This document shows, piece by piece, positions 48,116-58,930 of a stretch of 64,000 bases of DNA (the stretch's first letter is position 1; every line of letters begins with the position of its first letter). Source of the stretch: an uncultured Bacilli bacterium (GTDB taxonomy: Bacteria > Bacillota_I > Bacilli_A > RF39 > UBA660); the NCBI GenBank assembly GCA_947632115.1, contig CANROB010000005.1:7430-71429 (forward strand), written 5' to 3'. A model generated the notes under the pieces. That model searched no databases. It was not told the origin of the DNA and worked only from the letters and a program-made list of their open reading frames with translations. Made by a program: the position numbers and the translations under genes.

Positions 48116-48169
48116 AGGACAAGCTATATAAGAGAATTATTCATTTTTTGAATTAGGGGGAGGTGTGCA

Positions 48170-48625
48170 GTGCAAGAAGAATATGAAATTAATTCTTCTA
48201 CGTTAGCTATTATTCCTATCAGCCCAGAATGTTCTAAAATTTATGAAGAGGAAGCAGAATATGTTGTCCACAAGAATGTGCATAAAATTATTGACTACAA
48301 TTGTAAATTTTATGGTAGCAGTTATCGGGGAAGATGTGAGGGTACAAAATATCTAACAGGGATAAAATCTAAATTTCCTATTGTTATCGAAGAGAGTAGA
48401 AATATGATTTTTTTTCCAACCAATTCGAATCGTAATGCAGAAAATATCTGGATAAATTTAAATAAGATTAAAAATTATGAAAAGAATTATTATGGTACGA
48501 CGATTTGTTTTGAAAATGAGAAGAAAATCGATGTTCCAGCGTCTTTTTATTCCATTGATAATCAATATTACCGTGCTAGTATGTTGAAGATGAAATTATA
48601 TGATAGAAAATTTGCAAAAAAATAG
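48170..48625 (+). CDS. comK: ComK family transcription factor
   Basis: YEINSSTLAIIP, IIDYNCKFYGSSYRGR.EGTK.LTGI..K.PI, FFPT.S, WI; GTG start with GGAGG RBS. Confidence 0.82.
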   Translation: MQEEYEINSSTLAIIPISPECSKIYEEEAEYVVHKNVHKIIDYNCKFYGSSYRGRCEGTKYLTGIKSKFPIVIEESRNMIFFPTNSNRNAENIWINLNKIKNYEKNYYGTTICFENEKKIDVPASFYSIDNQYYRASMLKMKLYDRKFAKK

Positions 48626-48751
48626 ACAAAAAGTCTATTTTTTCTTTTTTATGGACATAATTTATGGTATAATATCTTATGTGTATAGGAGTATGGGTTG
48701 AGGGTATTTTTTTCAAAATGAGCCATTAAATGCAAAAAAAGAGGTATTCGC

Positions 48752-49882
48752 ATGATTTTAAAAAAAATTGAACTACGAAATTTTCGCAATTATGAAAAAT
48801 TATCGGCCCGTTTTTATAAGGGAATTAATATTATCTATGGAGATAATGCCCAAGGCAAGACCAATTTATTAGAAAGTATTTATGTTTTAGGACTTACAAA
48901 GTCTCATCGTTCTTTTATTGATAATCATTTAATTCAAAAAGAAAAAGAAGCTCTTTCTATTCAAGGAATCATTAATAGGGGAGTTATTGATAACAAACTG
49001 GAGATAACAATTGATAATCATAATAAATATTTTAAAATAGATGATAAATCTATCAAAAAGGTAAGTGATTATATCTCTCAAATGAATATAATCATTTTTT
49101 ATCCCGATGATTTAGAAATCTTAAAGGGATCCCCACAAATTCGAAGAAAATACTTGAATGTGGAATTATCTCAACTTTATAATAGTTATTATGTAGTTTT
49201 TAATGATTATCATAAACTTTTAAAAATTCGAAATGATTATTTAAAAAAAATGTCAAAAGGAAAGAATGTGGATAAAAATTATTTTGATATCGTCACTTCT
49301 TACCTTATTGATAAAGCTATTATTATTTATCAGATGAGATATAAGTATATTGAAAAAATAAATACTTATTGTGAATCTATTTATCAAGATATTATGGGAT
49401 TAGATGGTTTTCATGTCCAATATGTTCCTAATGTAGAAATAAAAGATATTAAAGATCCAGATTTAAAAGAAAAATTAAAACATCAATTTGATGAGAAATT
49501 GGAATACGATCAAAAATTATCGATGACAACATTAGGTCCCCATAAAGATGATTTAGAATTTTTAGTTCATGAAAAAAATTTAAAATCGTATGGCTCTCAG
49601 GGACAACAAAGAATCGCTGTTTTAGCTTTAAAATTAGCCGAAATACCCATTTTTAAAAAATATAAAGATACAACTCCTATTTTATTGTTAGATGATGTTT
49701 TTAGTGAACTTTCTGATGATAAGAAAAATAATTTGATGAAGTATATCAGTAAGGATATTCAAACCATTATTACCACAACAGAGTTAACAAATTTAGATCC
49801 AAAACTAATTAAAAAATCAAAGTTATTTAAGATAGAAAGCGGAAAGTTAATCAAAATCAAAGAGGTGAAAGAAAATGAATGA
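48752..49882 (+). CDS. recF: DNA replication/repair protein RecF
   Basis: [38 protein letters not shown]. Confidence 0.97.
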   Translation: MILKKIELRNFRNYEKLSARFYKGINIIYGDNAQGKTNLLESIYVLGLTKSHRSFIDNHLIQKEKEALSIQGIINRGVIDNKLEITIDNHNKYFKIDDKSIKKVSDYISQMNIIIFYPDDLEILKGSPQIRRKYLNVELSQLYNSYYVVFNDYHKLLKIRNDYLKKMSKGKNVDKNYFDIVTSYLIDKAIIIYQMRYKYIEKINTYCESIYQDIMGLDGFHVQYVPNVEIKDIKDPDLKEKLKHQFDEKLEYDQKLSMTTLGPHKDDLEFLVHEKNLKSYGSQGQQRIAVLALKLAEIPIFKKYKDTTPILLLDDVFSELSDDKKNNLMKYISKDIQTIITTTELTNLDPKLIKKSKLFKIESGKLIKIKEVKENE

Positions 49883-51794
49883 ACATTATGATGCTTCGGA
49901 TATTCAAGTCTTAGAAGGACTAGAAGCGGTAAGAAAAAGACCTGGTATGTATATTGGAACAACAGATGTAAAAGGATTACATCATCTTGTTTGGGAAATC
50001 GTTGATAACGCTATAGATGAATCTTTAGCAGGTTACTGCAATAATATAGAGGTTATTATTAATAAAGATAACTCTGTAACGGTAAAAGATGATGGTCGTG
50101 GTGTTCCAGTTGATATTCACCCAAAAACGAAAATATCAACAGTAGAAACAGTTTATACGGTATTACATGCTGGTGGTAAATTTGGTGGTGGAGGATATAA
50201 AGTATCTGGTGGACTCCATGGAGTAGGTGCTTCTGTTGTAAATGCTTTATCTAAATGGCTAGAAGTAAAAGTATATAAAGATGGAAAGATTCACTTTATT
50301 CGTTTTGAAAATGGGGGACATACAGTAGCTCCTCTTCGTGTAATAGGAGAGTGTGATAATAATCGAACTGGTACAGTAGTAACTTTTAAGCCAGATCCAG
50401 AAATTTTTGATACGGATATTTTTGATTATAATACCTTAATGGTTCGTATTCGTGAACTTGCTTTCTTAAATAGAGGTTTAAAAATTACGATTCGTGATGA
50501 TAGAGACGATGAAGATACGACAGGAGAAACCTTCATATATGAGGGTGGAATCTCTGAATATGTCAAATTCATTAATCAAGGAAAAACACCAATTCATGAA
50601 GATGTTATCCACTTACAAGGCGAAGAAGATAATGTTTTCTTTGAAGTAGCCATGCAATATAATACAGGCTATAATGATAACATTTATTCCTTTGTAAATA
50701 ATATTAATACTCATGATGGAGGAACACATGAAGAGGGAGTTCGAAGAGCTCTTACTAGAGTTATTAATAACTATGCTAGAAAAGCCGGTATTTTAAAGGA
50801 AAAAGATGAATCATTAACAGGCGATGATGTTAAAGAAGGACTTACGATGATTGTTTCTTGTAAACATCCTAATCCTCAATTTGAAGGACAAACAAAAGGT
50901 CGTTTAGGAAACTCGGAAGTAAGAAAATTAGCTGATAACGTCTTCTCTGAAGGATTTGAAAAATTCTTATTAGAAAATCCAGATGAAGCAAGGGCTATTG
51001 TAGAAAAATCAATGCTTGCCTGTAGAGCGCGTAATGCTGCTAAAAAAGCAAGAGAAATCACTCGTAAAAGTGATCTTGCAATGACTAATTTCTTTGGTAA
51101 ATTATCTGATTGCAAGAGTAAAGACCCTAAAGTATCTGAAATCTTTATTGTCGAGGGAGATTCAGCTGGTGGTTCTGCTAAAAAGGGAAGAGACTCTATG
51201 ACGCAAGCTATTCTTCCTTTAAGAGGAAAGATTTTGAATGTAGAAAAGAATCGTCTTGATAGAGCCCTTGGAAACGAGGAAATTAGAACGATTATTACCG
51301 CTTTTGGTACGGGAATAGGGGAAGAATTCAATCTTTCTAAATTACGGTATGATAAAATCATTATCATGACCGATGCCGATGTCGATGGTTCCCATATCCG
51401 TGTTCTTCTACTTACGTTATTTTATCGGTTTTTTAGACCTATTGTAGAGGAAGGACATGTTTATGCTGCTCAACCACCATTATTCCGTATTATGCATGGA
51501 AAAACTAGAAAATATGTACTTAATGAGGAAGAAAAAGAAAAATATTTGATGAGTCTTCCTGAGAACGTACGTTCGCGTGCTGAAATTGCTCGAATGAAAG
51601 GATTAGGAGAGATGGATGCCGATGAATTAAATGAAACAACCATGGATATTGAAAAACGTACTTTAAGAAAAATAACGGTAGATGATTGTATGGCTGCTGA
51701 TGCTGTATTCGCCAAATTAATGGGTGATGAAGTAGAGCCAAGAAGAAAATTTATTGAAGAAAATGCTGGTTATGTACAGAATCTAGATATTTAG
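49875..51794 (+). CDS. gyrB: DNA gyrase subunit B
   Basis: [52 protein letters not shown]. Confidence 0.97.
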   Translation: MNEHYDASDIQVLEGLEAVRKRPGMYIGTTDVKGLHHLVWEIVDNAIDESLAGYCNNIEVIINKDNSVTVKDDGRGVPVDIHPKTKISTVETVYTVLHAGGKFGGGGYKVSGGLHGVGASVVNALSKWLEVKVYKDGKIHFIRFENGGHTVAPLRVIGECDNNRTGTVVTFKPDPEIFDTDIFDYNTLMVRIRELAFLNRGLKITIRDDRDDEDTTGETFIYEGGISEYVKFINQGKTPIHEDVIHLQGEEDNVFFEVAMQYNTGYNDNIYSFVNNINTHDGGTHEEGVRRALTRVINNYARKAGILKEKDESLTGDDVKEGLTMIVSCKHPNPQFEGQTKGRLGNSEVRKLADNVFSEGFEKFLLENPDEARAIVEKSMLACRARNAAKKAREITRKSDLAMTNFFGKLSDCKSKDPKVSEIFIVEGDSAGGSAKKGRDSMTQAILPLRGKILNVEKNRLDRALGNEEIRTIITAFGTGIGEEFNLSKLRYDKIIIMTDADVDGSHIRVLLLTLFYRFFRPIVEEGHVYAAQPPLFRIMHGKTRKYVLNEEEKEKYLMSLPENVRSRAEIARMKGLGEMDADELNETTMDIEKRTLRKITVDDCMAADAVFAKLMGDEVEPRRKFIEENAGYVQNLDI

Positions 51795-51804
51795 GAGGTG
51801 AAGC

Positions 51805-54405
51805 ATGGAAGAAAATGAAAAAGAAGAATTAGAAGAATTAGAAGGGGAAGAGAAAGAAGAAATAAATTCTACAGAAGACCTTAGTGCTTTAGTAGAAGAT
51901 TCTCACTTTAATGGTTATTTTCATGAAAGAGATCGTCTAGCTGAAAATAATATTGTGAATGAGGTAGAAACTTCCTTTTTGGAATATTCTATGAGTGTTA
52001 TTGCTTCTCGTGCTTTACCAGATTTAAGGGATGGTTTAAAGCCAGTTCACAGAAGAATTTTATGGTCTATGTATGAATCAGGATATACACCTGATAAACC
52101 TCATAGAAAATCAGCAACTACTGTAGGATATGTTATGGGTCATTACCACCCACATGGGGATTCTTCTATTTATGAAGCCATGGTTCGTATGGCTCAAGAT
52201 TTTAACCAACGGTATTTATTAATTGATGGCCATGGAAACTTCGGTAATATCGAAGGTGATGGCGCAGCAGCTATGCGTTATACCGAATCTCGTCTTTCTA
52301 AAATATCTCTTGAATTATTAAGAGATATCAATAAAGAAACCGTAGATTTTGATCCAAACTTTGATGAAACCGTGAAAGAACCAAGAGTATTACCATCTAG
52401 ATTTCCAAATATTTTGGTAAATGGTACAATGGGTATTGCTGTAGGTATGGCAACCAATATTCCTCCTCATAATTTAGGAGAAGTTATTGATGGTTGTATT
52501 GCTTATATTGATAACCCTGATATCGATACAGCAGGTTTAATGAAGCATATTAAAGGTCCAGATTTTCCAACAGGTGGTATTATTCTTGGAAATTCTGGAA
52601 TTAAACAAGCTTATGAAACCGGTAGGGGAACTATTACGATTCGTAGTAGAGCTTCTATTGAAGAAATTAATGGACACAATTGTATTGTTGTAACGGAAGT
52701 ACCATATGGCATTAATACCATGGAATTAAAGAATAAAGTAGCGGAACTTGTTCATAATAAAGTTATTGATGGTATTGCGGATTACCACACTGATTTAAAA
52801 GATGGCGTAAAGATAACAATTACGCTTAGAAAAGATGCTAATCCACAAGTTGTTTTAAACAATTTATACAAGCATACTGCTTTCCAAGTAAATTATGGAA
52901 TTATTTTCTTGATGCTAGATGGATTAACGCCTAAGACATTACCATTAAAAGCAGTTATTTCTAAATATATTGATCATCAAAAAGAGGTTATTATTAGAAG
53001 AACTCGCTTTGATTTAAAGAAATCAGAAGCACGTGTACATATTTTAGAGGGATATAAGATTGCTCTTGATAATATTGATGAAGTTATTAAGATTATTAGA
53101 GAATCTGAAACAGATGAAGTGGCTCGAGATGCCTTAATGAATCGCTTTGGTTTAACAGAAATTCAAGCAAATAGTATTTTAGAGTTACGTTTAAAGAGAT
53201 TAACTGGCCTAGAACGAGCTAAGATTGAGGATGAACTTACTTCTTTACTTCAATTAATTGAAGAATTAAAGAGTATTTTAGCAAGTGAACAAAAAGTACT
53301 TGATATTATTAAAAATGAAATGCTTGAAATTAAAAATAAATATTCTGATGAAAGAAGAACTTCTATTGATATGACAGCTATTGATTATATTGATGATGAA
53401 TCTTTAATTCCAGTAGAAGATATTATTGTTACTTTAACAAATAAAGGATATATCAAGAGAATTACTAGTGATACTTACAAGACACAAAATAGAGGTGGCG
53501 TAGGTATCAAAGGTATGACTACTAATGAGGAAGATTTTGTTGAAAAATTAGTGTCTCTAACAACTCATGATTACTTATTATTCTTTACCAATAAAGGAAG
53601 AGTATATCGTATGAAAGGGTATGAAGTACCATTATTTAATAGACAATCTAAAGGACTTCCTATCGTTAATCTTCTTCAACTAGAAAAAGAAGAAGTTGTA
53701 AAATCCCTATTGAAGATAGAAGTAGATGATGAAAATAAATACCTAGTCTTCTGTACTCGAAATGGATTAATTAAGAGAACCAATATTAGTGAATTTGATA
53801 ATATTCGTAACAGTGGAAAGATTGCCATTTCTCTAAAAGATGACGATGAATTGTTGGATGTTAAGAAAACTAATGGTGAAAATGAGATTTTAATTGCAAG
53901 TTCTAATGGTCGTATGATTCGCTTTAAAGAATCTGAAGTTAGAATTATGGGTAGAACTGCTTCTGGAGTACGAGGAATTGAAGTAGGCGATGGCGTTGCT
54001 GTAGGTATTGAAGTAGCTATAGATAATGAATCTGTACTAGTAGTTACTGAAAATGGTTATGGAAAACAAACTAAAATTGATGAATATCGTATGACTCATA
54101 GAGGTAGCAAAGGTGTAAAAGCACTTAATGTTACAGAGAAAAATGGAAATATTGTTGATTTTAAACTTGTTCATGGTGATGAAGATTTAATGATTATGAC
54201 AGATAGCGGTATTATCATTCGATTACCAATTGAACAAATTAGTTCAACAGGAAGAGTTGCTCAAGGAGTAAAACTAATTAACTTAAAAGATAATCAAAAG
54301 GTAAGTACTGTTACCCTTTTAGCAAAAGAAGAATCTGTTGAAGAGGAATCTTCTGAAACTTCTAATGAAGCAGTAGAATCTACAAAGGAAGAAAGTGAAG
54401 AATAA
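51805..54405 (+). CDS. gyrA: DNA gyrase subunit A
   Basis: [24 protein letters not shown], GyrA-box QNRGGVG; acidic termini. Confidence 0.97.
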   Translation: MEENEKEELEELEGEEKEEINSTEDLSALVEDSHFNGYFHERDRLAENNIVNEVETSFLEYSMSVIASRALPDLRDGLKPVHRRILWSMYESGYTPDKPHRKSATTVGYVMGHYHPHGDSSIYEAMVRMAQDFNQRYLLIDGHGNFGNIEGDGAAAMRYTESRLSKISLELLRDINKETVDFDPNFDETVKEPRVLPSRFPNILVNGTMGIAVGMATNIPPHNLGEVIDGCIAYIDNPDIDTAGLMKHIKGPDFPTGGIILGNSGIKQAYETGRGTITIRSRASIEEINGHNCIVVTEVPYGINTMELKNKVAELVHNKVIDGIADYHTDLKDGVKITITLRKDANPQVVLNNLYKHTAFQVNYGIIFLMLDGLTPKTLPLKAVISKYIDHQKEVIIRRTRFDLKKSEARVHILEGYKIALDNIDEVIKIIRESETDEVARDALMNRFGLTEIQANSILELRLKRLTGLERAKIEDELTSLLQLIEELKSILASEQKVLDIIKNEMLEIKNKYSDERRTSIDMTAIDYIDDESLIPVEDIIVTLTNKGYIKRITSDTYKTQNRGGVGIKGMTTNEEDFVEKLVSLTTHDYLLFFTNKGRVYRMKGYEVPLFNRQSKGLPIVNLLQLEKEEVVKSLLKIEVDDENKYLVFCTRNGLIKRTNISEFDNIRNSGKIAISLKDDDELLDVKKTNGENEILIASSNGRMIRFKESEVRIMGRTASGVRGIEVGDGVAVGIEVAIDNESVLVVTENGYGKQTKIDEYRMTHRGSKGVKALNVTEKNGNIVDFKLVHGDEDLMIMTDSGIIIRLPIEQISSTGRVAQGVKLINLKDNQKVSTVTLLAKEESVEEESSETSNEAVESTKEESEE

Positions 54406-54421
54406 TCACTTTCTTTTCTTT

Positions 54422-54437
54422 TGTTTCACGTGAAACG
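54422..54437. promoter_or_regulatory. parS site
   Basis: TGTTTCACGTGAAACG, 15/16 to TGTTTCACGTGAAACA. Confidence 0.85.
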
Positions 54438-54447
54438 GATAAACTAG

Positions 54448-54476
54448 TTGCATTTTTTTATAAAATAAGCTATATT
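54448..54476 (+). promoter_or_regulatory. SigA promoter of SRP RNA
   Basis: TTGCAT-17-TATATT. Confidence 0.6.
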
Positions 54477-54483
54477 ATGTAGT

Positions 54484-54556
54484 AGCACAACACCCACACT
54501 CGAACCAGGTCAGGACCGGAAGGTAGCATCCTTAAGAGCCTCTGAGTGTGTGTGCT
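54484..54556 (+). ncRNA. ffs: Small-type signal recognition particle RNA (4.5S-like, ~73 nt)
   Basis: CCAGGTCAGGACCGGAAGGTAGCATCC helix-8 motif with GGAA tetraloop; closing stems AGCACA/TGTGCT and CACACTC/GAGTGTG; T run after; near tadA-dnaX. Confidence 0.88.
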
Positions 54557-54561
54557 TTTTT

Positions 54562-54577
54562 TGTTTCACGTGAAACA
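54562..54577. promoter_or_regulatory. parS site (perfect palindrome)
   Basis: TGTTTCACGTGAAACA. Confidence 0.92.
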
Positions 54578-54590
54578 AGCAGGAGATTAT

Positions 54591-55061
54591 ATGAATAAAT
54601 ATATGCAAATGGCTTTAAAAGAAGCTCAAAAATCTTTACAATTAGATGAAGTTCCGGTAGGTGCTGTTATTGTTTATCAAGATAAAATTATTGCTAAAGC
54701 TCATAATTTAAAGGAACATAGTAAAAATGCAATTGCTCATGCAGAAATACTAGCAATTGAGAAAGCCTGTAAAAAAATAGGAGATTGGCGACTTAATGAA
54801 TGTACGATGTATGTGACACTAGAACCTTGCCTAATGTGTGCAGGAGCAATGATACAGTGTCGTTTAGGACATCTTGTTTATGCAGCTTCTAATTCTAAAT
54901 TTGGATATGTTGAAAGTATTGATCAAATATTAAATAATTCTAAGAATAATCATATTGTAAAAGTAGAAAAAGAAGAAAATGAAGAATGCTTAAAATTGCT
55001 CCAGTCTTTCTTCCAAAAAAAAAGAAAATCACCTTTAAATTCTAATGCAAACAGTGTATAA
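54591..55061 (+). CDS. tadA: tRNA adenosine deaminase
   Basis: EVPVGAVI, AHAE, YVTLEPCLMC; start at MNKYMQ after AGGAG. Confidence 0.9.
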   Translation: MNKYMQMALKEAQKSLQLDEVPVGAVIVYQDKIIAKAHNLKEHSKNAIAHAEILAIEKACKKIGDWRLNECTMYVTLEPCLMCAGAMIQCRLGHLVYAASNSKFGYVESIDQILNNSKNNHIVKVEKEENEECLKLLQSFFQKKRKSPLNSNANSV

Positions 55062-55085
55062 TAAAGTTAGTAGAGAAGGTGAAGA

Positions 55086-56804
55086 ATGTACCAAGCATTA
55101 TATCGAAAATATAGACCAAAAAACTTTGATGATGTAGTGGGACAAGAAGTTATTATTAAAACGCTCACCAATGCTATCAAATATGATAAAGTAAGTCATG
55201 CTTATCTTTTTACGGGCCCTCGTGGAACGGGAAAGACAAGTATTGCTAAAATTTATGCTAAAATTTTAAATTGCGAACATTTAGATGGTTTAAAACCTTG
55301 TGAACAATGTATTTCTTGTTCACAAATTAATAATAATCAAAATATTGATGTTATTGAAATTGATGCTGCTTCTAATAATGGTGTAGATGAAATTAGAGAA
55401 ATTCGTAATAAAATAGGTCTTGTGCCTTCTAATAGCAAATATAAAATTTACATTATTGATGAAGTGCATATGCTTACCAATCAAGCCTTTAATGCTTTAC
55501 TTAAAACACTAGAGGAGCCACCAAGCCACATTATATTTATTTTTGCCACGACCGAGCCACATAAAATACCAAGAACAATTCTTTCACGATGCCAACGTTT
55601 TGATTTTAAAAAAATCAGTACGAAACAAATCGTTGACCGTTTAAAACATATTACTGAAATTGAAAAAATTAAAATAACAGAAGATGCATTAAATGAAATT
55701 GCTGTCTTATCAGATGGCGGACTTCGTGATTCTATTGGTATGTTAGATCAAGCCGTATCTTATTCTGGAGAAGAAATTACTTTAAAAGATATTCATGATA
55801 TTAATGGAACGGTTGATCGAGAAGAAATTCAACTCCTTTTAAAATCTGTTTTTGAAAAAAATATGGTTACTATCTTAGAAAAAATAGAACAATATGAAGA
55901 GCAAGGAAAAAACATTGTTAAAATCACACAGGAAATGATTGAAGAATTAAAAAATATTATTCTATATAGAAATGTTCCTAATTTTTTTGAAGAGTCAATA
56001 GAATATTATGAAAATGTCAAAGATATTGTAAACAATACACAAATATATCATTATATTCACTCCCTATCAGAACTGGTAGGAAATATGAAAAACTCTAGTA
56101 ATAATAAGATATTATTGGAAATCGAACTAATTAAAATGGTTACGGAAAAGCAAGAAGAAATACCAGACTCTATACAAACTCCTGTTAAACAAACGACAGA
56201 AGAAAACAAGAAAAACACAACTAAAGAACAAGAAAAGGTAAAAGAAGTGGTAATAGAAAGCCCGAAAGAAACAAAAACTTCTTCTGCACCAAAAATTGAT
56301 TTTTCTTCTACTTTATCGAAAGAATCTCTTGAACAATTAGAAACATTAAAGAAAATTCGAATTCATAATTCTTTAGTCTCTGTTTCACAGAAAAATAGAA
56401 ATGCATTCAAAGAAAAATTAGAAGATCTAAAAGAATTGCTAATGAATCCAGATTATAGTAAATTAATTTCCTTATTATTTGATGGAGAATTAAAAGTCAT
56501 CAGCGATAAAAATATGATTTTTGTTTATAAAACTAATTTATTAGCAGAAGCATTTAATTTAGAATTATTAGAATTAGAAAAAGTATTTTTTGAAAAATTT
56601 CAAGAGCATTATCGCTTGATTGCAGTTGATGAAGAAGAGTGGAATACGATTAAAACAGAATATAATAAAAATAAAAACAATTATTCTTATCAAGAAGAGA
56701 CAATAGATGTTGAAAAAATCTTTGAATCTAATGATGGATTAGAAAAGAAAAAAAATGTAATTGATGAATTATTTGAAAATTTTATTGAATATGAAGATAA
56801 CTAG
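55086..56804 (+). CDS. dnaX: DNA polymerase III gamma/tau
   Basis: LYRKYRP, GPRGTGKT, EIDAASN, IDEVHML, SRC. Confidence 0.97.
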   Translation: MYQALYRKYRPKNFDDVVGQEVIIKTLTNAIKYDKVSHAYLFTGPRGTGKTSIAKIYAKILNCEHLDGLKPCEQCISCSQINNNQNIDVIEIDAASNNGVDEIREIRNKIGLVPSNSKYKIYIIDEVHMLTNQAFNALLKTLEEPPSHIIFIFATTEPHKIPRTILSRCQRFDFKKISTKQIVDRLKHITEIEKIKITEDALNEIAVLSDGGLRDSIGMLDQAVSYSGEEITLKDIHDINGTVDREEIQLLLKSVFEKNMVTILEKIEQYEEQGKNIVKITQEMIEELKNIILYRNVPNFFEESIEYYENVKDIVNNTQIYHYIHSLSELVGNMKNSSNNKILLEIELIKMVTEKQEEIPDSIQTPVKQTTEENKKNTTKEQEKVKEVVIESPKETKTSSAPKIDFSSTLSKESLEQLETLKKIRIHNSLVSVSQKNRNAFKEKLEDLKELLMNPDYSKLISLLFDGELKVISDKNMIFVYKTNLLAEAFNLELLELEKVFFEKFQEHYRLIAVDEEEWNTIKTEYNKNKNNYSYQEETIDVEKIFESNDGLEKKKNVIDELFENFIEYEDN

Positions 56805-56819
56805 AAAGAAGGAATAAAT

Positions 56820-57116
56820 ATGAATATGCAAGCTATGATGAAGCAAGCACAAAAATTGCAAAAAGATATGATGAATACCCAAAAACAAATTGAAGAAATG
56901 GAGTTTGTTGGAAAATCTTCTATTGTAACAGTAAAAATGAATGGTAAAAAGCAAGTTTTATCTATTGAAATTGATTCTGAATCTATGGATAAAGAAGAAA
57001 TTGAAATGTTACAAGATATGATGATGATTGCTATTAATGATGCGATGAAGCAAGTAGATAAAGTTACAGAAGAAAAAATGGGTGTATACACAAAAGGACT
57101 TCCAGGACTATTCTAA
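56820..57116 (+). CDS. YbaB/EbfC nucleoid-associated protein
   Basis: MMKQAQKLQ, EMLQDM..AINDA, GLPGLF; between dnaX and recR. Confidence 0.92.
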   Translation: MNMQAMMKQAQKLQKDMMNTQKQIEEMEFVGKSSIVTVKMNGKKQVLSIEIDSESMDKEEIEMLQDMMMIAINDAMKQVDKVTEEKMGVYTKGLPGLF

Positions 57117-57724
57117 TGAAATACCCAACGACCATTCAAAATTTAATTGAATGTTTTAATCATTTACCTGGTATTGGTGAAAAAACAGCTGAAAGACTTG
57201 CTCTTTCTATTTTGAATTTTGATGAAGAAACTATTCAAATATTCGCTAAGTCCTTAAAAGACACGAAAACGAAAGTAAAAAAATGTTCTCGCTGTAACAA
57301 TTTAGCAGAAGGAGACTTATGCGAAATTTGTAAAGATGATAGTCGCGATAAAAAAATATTATGTGTAGTAGAAAACCCTAAAAATATCGTATTATTTGAA
57401 AAGTTAGGTACTTTTCATGGATATTATCATGTAATTGATGGATTGATTTCTCCTCTAGAAGGGGTAAACCCAGAGGATATTCATATTCCACAATTGATAG
57501 ATAGAATTAAAAAAGAAAAAATAGAAGAAGTTATTCTCGCTTTAAAACCAAGTGTAGAAGGGGAGACAACCTCTCTTTATATTTCTAAATTACTATCTAA
57601 AACAAACGTTCTTGTTTCTAAAATTGCTCATGGTGTTCCTCTAGGAGCAGATATGGATTATGTAGATTCTCTAACCCTAGAATTAGCTTTAGAAAATCGT
57701 AAGAAAGTATCTACAGATGATTAG
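57116..57724 (+). CDS. recR: Recombination protein RecR
   Basis: LPGIGEKTAERL, C4 zinc finger, YHV..G.ISP, EGETT. Confidence 0.97.
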   Translation: MKYPTTIQNLIECFNHLPGIGEKTAERLALSILNFDEETIQIFAKSLKDTKTKVKKCSRCNNLAEGDLCEICKDDSRDKKILCVVENPKNIVLFEKLGTFHGYYHVIDGLISPLEGVNPEDIHIPQLIDRIKKEKIEEVILALKPSVEGETTSLYISKLLSKTNVLVSKIAHGVPLGADMDYVDSLTLELALENRKKVSTDD

Positions 57725-57752
57725 TTCTTAATTTTTCTTCTTTTCATACATT
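57725..57752 (+). promoter_or_regulatory. SigE-like promoter of bofA
   Basis: -10 CATACATT at 57745-57752 matches SigE CATAcanT; -35 weak. Confidence 0.45.
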
Positions 57753-57767
57753 TTATTAGGTGAAAGA

Positions 57768-57953
57768 ATGAAAAAATTAATTACTTGCGGAAAAAAACTA
57801 ATCTTTAGTTCTTTTTTACTTTATGGATATAATTTTTTGGTACAACCTTTAAATTTAATGATTCCTATTAATATTATTACCGTTTTATTAGTAACTTTTT
57901 TAGGCGTACCGGCACTTATTTCCTTGATTGTAATTTTGATTTATGTTTATTAG
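57768..57953 (+). CDS. bofA: Pro-sigmaK processing inhibitor BofA family
   Basis: N..IPINIITVL...LGVP motif, two TM helices, downstream of recR as in Bacillus. Confidence 0.78.
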   Translation: MKKLITCGKKLIFSSFLLYGYNFLVQPLNLMIPINIITVLLVTFLGVPALISLIVILIYVY

Positions 57954-57961
57954 GAGGATGT

Positions 57962-58930
57962 ATGCTAGATGAGTATGCTATAGATCAACCAATTGTCTAT
58001 AGGACCATTTTAAATGCTATTTTAAAGGATACAGTAACGCATGCTTATCTTTTAGAACTAAATGGATATTCAAAAGGATTTGATTTTGCAATGGCTTTTG
58101 CAAAATTTTTGCTATGTCCAAATCACTATTCTAATCGAGAAAAGTGTGGGGAGTGTCATCAATGTGAAACCATTGATGATGGCAATTTTCTAGAACTTAA
58201 AATTATTCATCCAGATGGTCAATGGATAAAAAAAGAACAATTAGAAGAGTTGCAGCAAGAATTTAATCGGAAAGCCCTTGTTGGTAATCAAAAAATTTAT
58301 ATTATTGATGGTGCGGATAAGTTAAATACCTCATCAGCCAATTCTATTTTAAAATTTATCGAAGAACCAGTACCAGGAATTACAGCGATTCTTCTTGTTG
58401 ATAATGCTTATCAAGTGATGAATACCATTGTTTCCCGTTGTCAAATTTTGTCTTTGAAAAAAGAGGCTTTCACGCAAAAAGAAACTCTTTCCTTAAAAGA
58501 GAAATTAGCTTATTATTCCTTTCATGAACAAGGAGAAATTCAAAATTTCTTAAATAACGAGGATACAGACGAGAAAATTACTCTTATGGTAGATTATATC
58601 AATTATTTTGAAAAAAACGGTTATCAGACGATTATATACAAAAATAAGCCATTTTTAGAAACATTCAATGATAAAAATTTATTGTTTCTTGCCTTTCAAT
58701 GGTTTATATTGTATTATAAAGATGTTTTAAATTTTTCTTTAAACAAGAAAATAGAATTTTTTAAAGAGGAAGAGCCAAATATAACTATCATTACTTCTAA
58801 AAATACGGTTTTATCCTTATCTAAAAAATTAGAAATTCTACTAGATTTGAGTGAAAAAATTAAGTTTAATGTCAATGCTACGATGCTAATGGACAAGCTA
58901 GTAATTGATTTTATGGAGGTGGAAAAATGA
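57962..58930 (+). CDS. holB: DNA polymerase III delta' subunit
   Basis: HAYLL, C4 zinc motif, ANSILKFIEEP, TIVSRCQ; upstream of yaaT. Confidence 0.92.
   Translation: MLDEYAIDQPIVYRTILNAILKDTVTHAYLLELNGYSKGFDFAMAFAKFLLCPNHYSNREKCGECHQCETIDDGNFLELKIIHPDGQWIKKEQLEELQQEFNRKALVGNQKIYIIDGADKLNTSSANSILKFIEEPVPGITAILLVDNAYQVMNTIVSRCQILSLKKEAFTQKETLSLKEKLAYYSFHEQGEIQNFLNNEDTDEKITLMVDYINYFEKNGYQTIIYKNKPFLETFNDKNLLFLAFQWFILYYKDVLNFSLNKKIEFFKEEEPNITIITSKNTVLSLSKKLEILLDLSEKIKFNVNATMLMDKLVIDFMEVEK

Noticed and set aside
48116-48137. SigH promoter (AGGA...GAAT) upstream of comK
   Set aside because: Spacing is 14 nt against ~17 in characterised SigH promoters
48668-48751. Mini-ORF ATG GGT TGA or yaaA remnant upstream of recF
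   Set aside because: SD-to-ATG spacing is 1 nt and there is no S4-domain similarity; treated as recF promoter/leader
50876-51741. Minus-strand ORFs of 73-163 aa opposite gyrB (and similar short ORFs opposite typA, uvrB, mnmG, dnaN, ebfC, mfd)
   Set aside because: Fully overlap conserved genes in antisense or alternative frames, with no recognisable motifs
54546-54590. N-terminal extension of tadA in the ORF track (likewise for yetF, murA, pta, mnmG)
   Set aside because: The tadA extension overlaps the SRP RNA and parS; in each case a downstream ATG with a good RBS fits family length better
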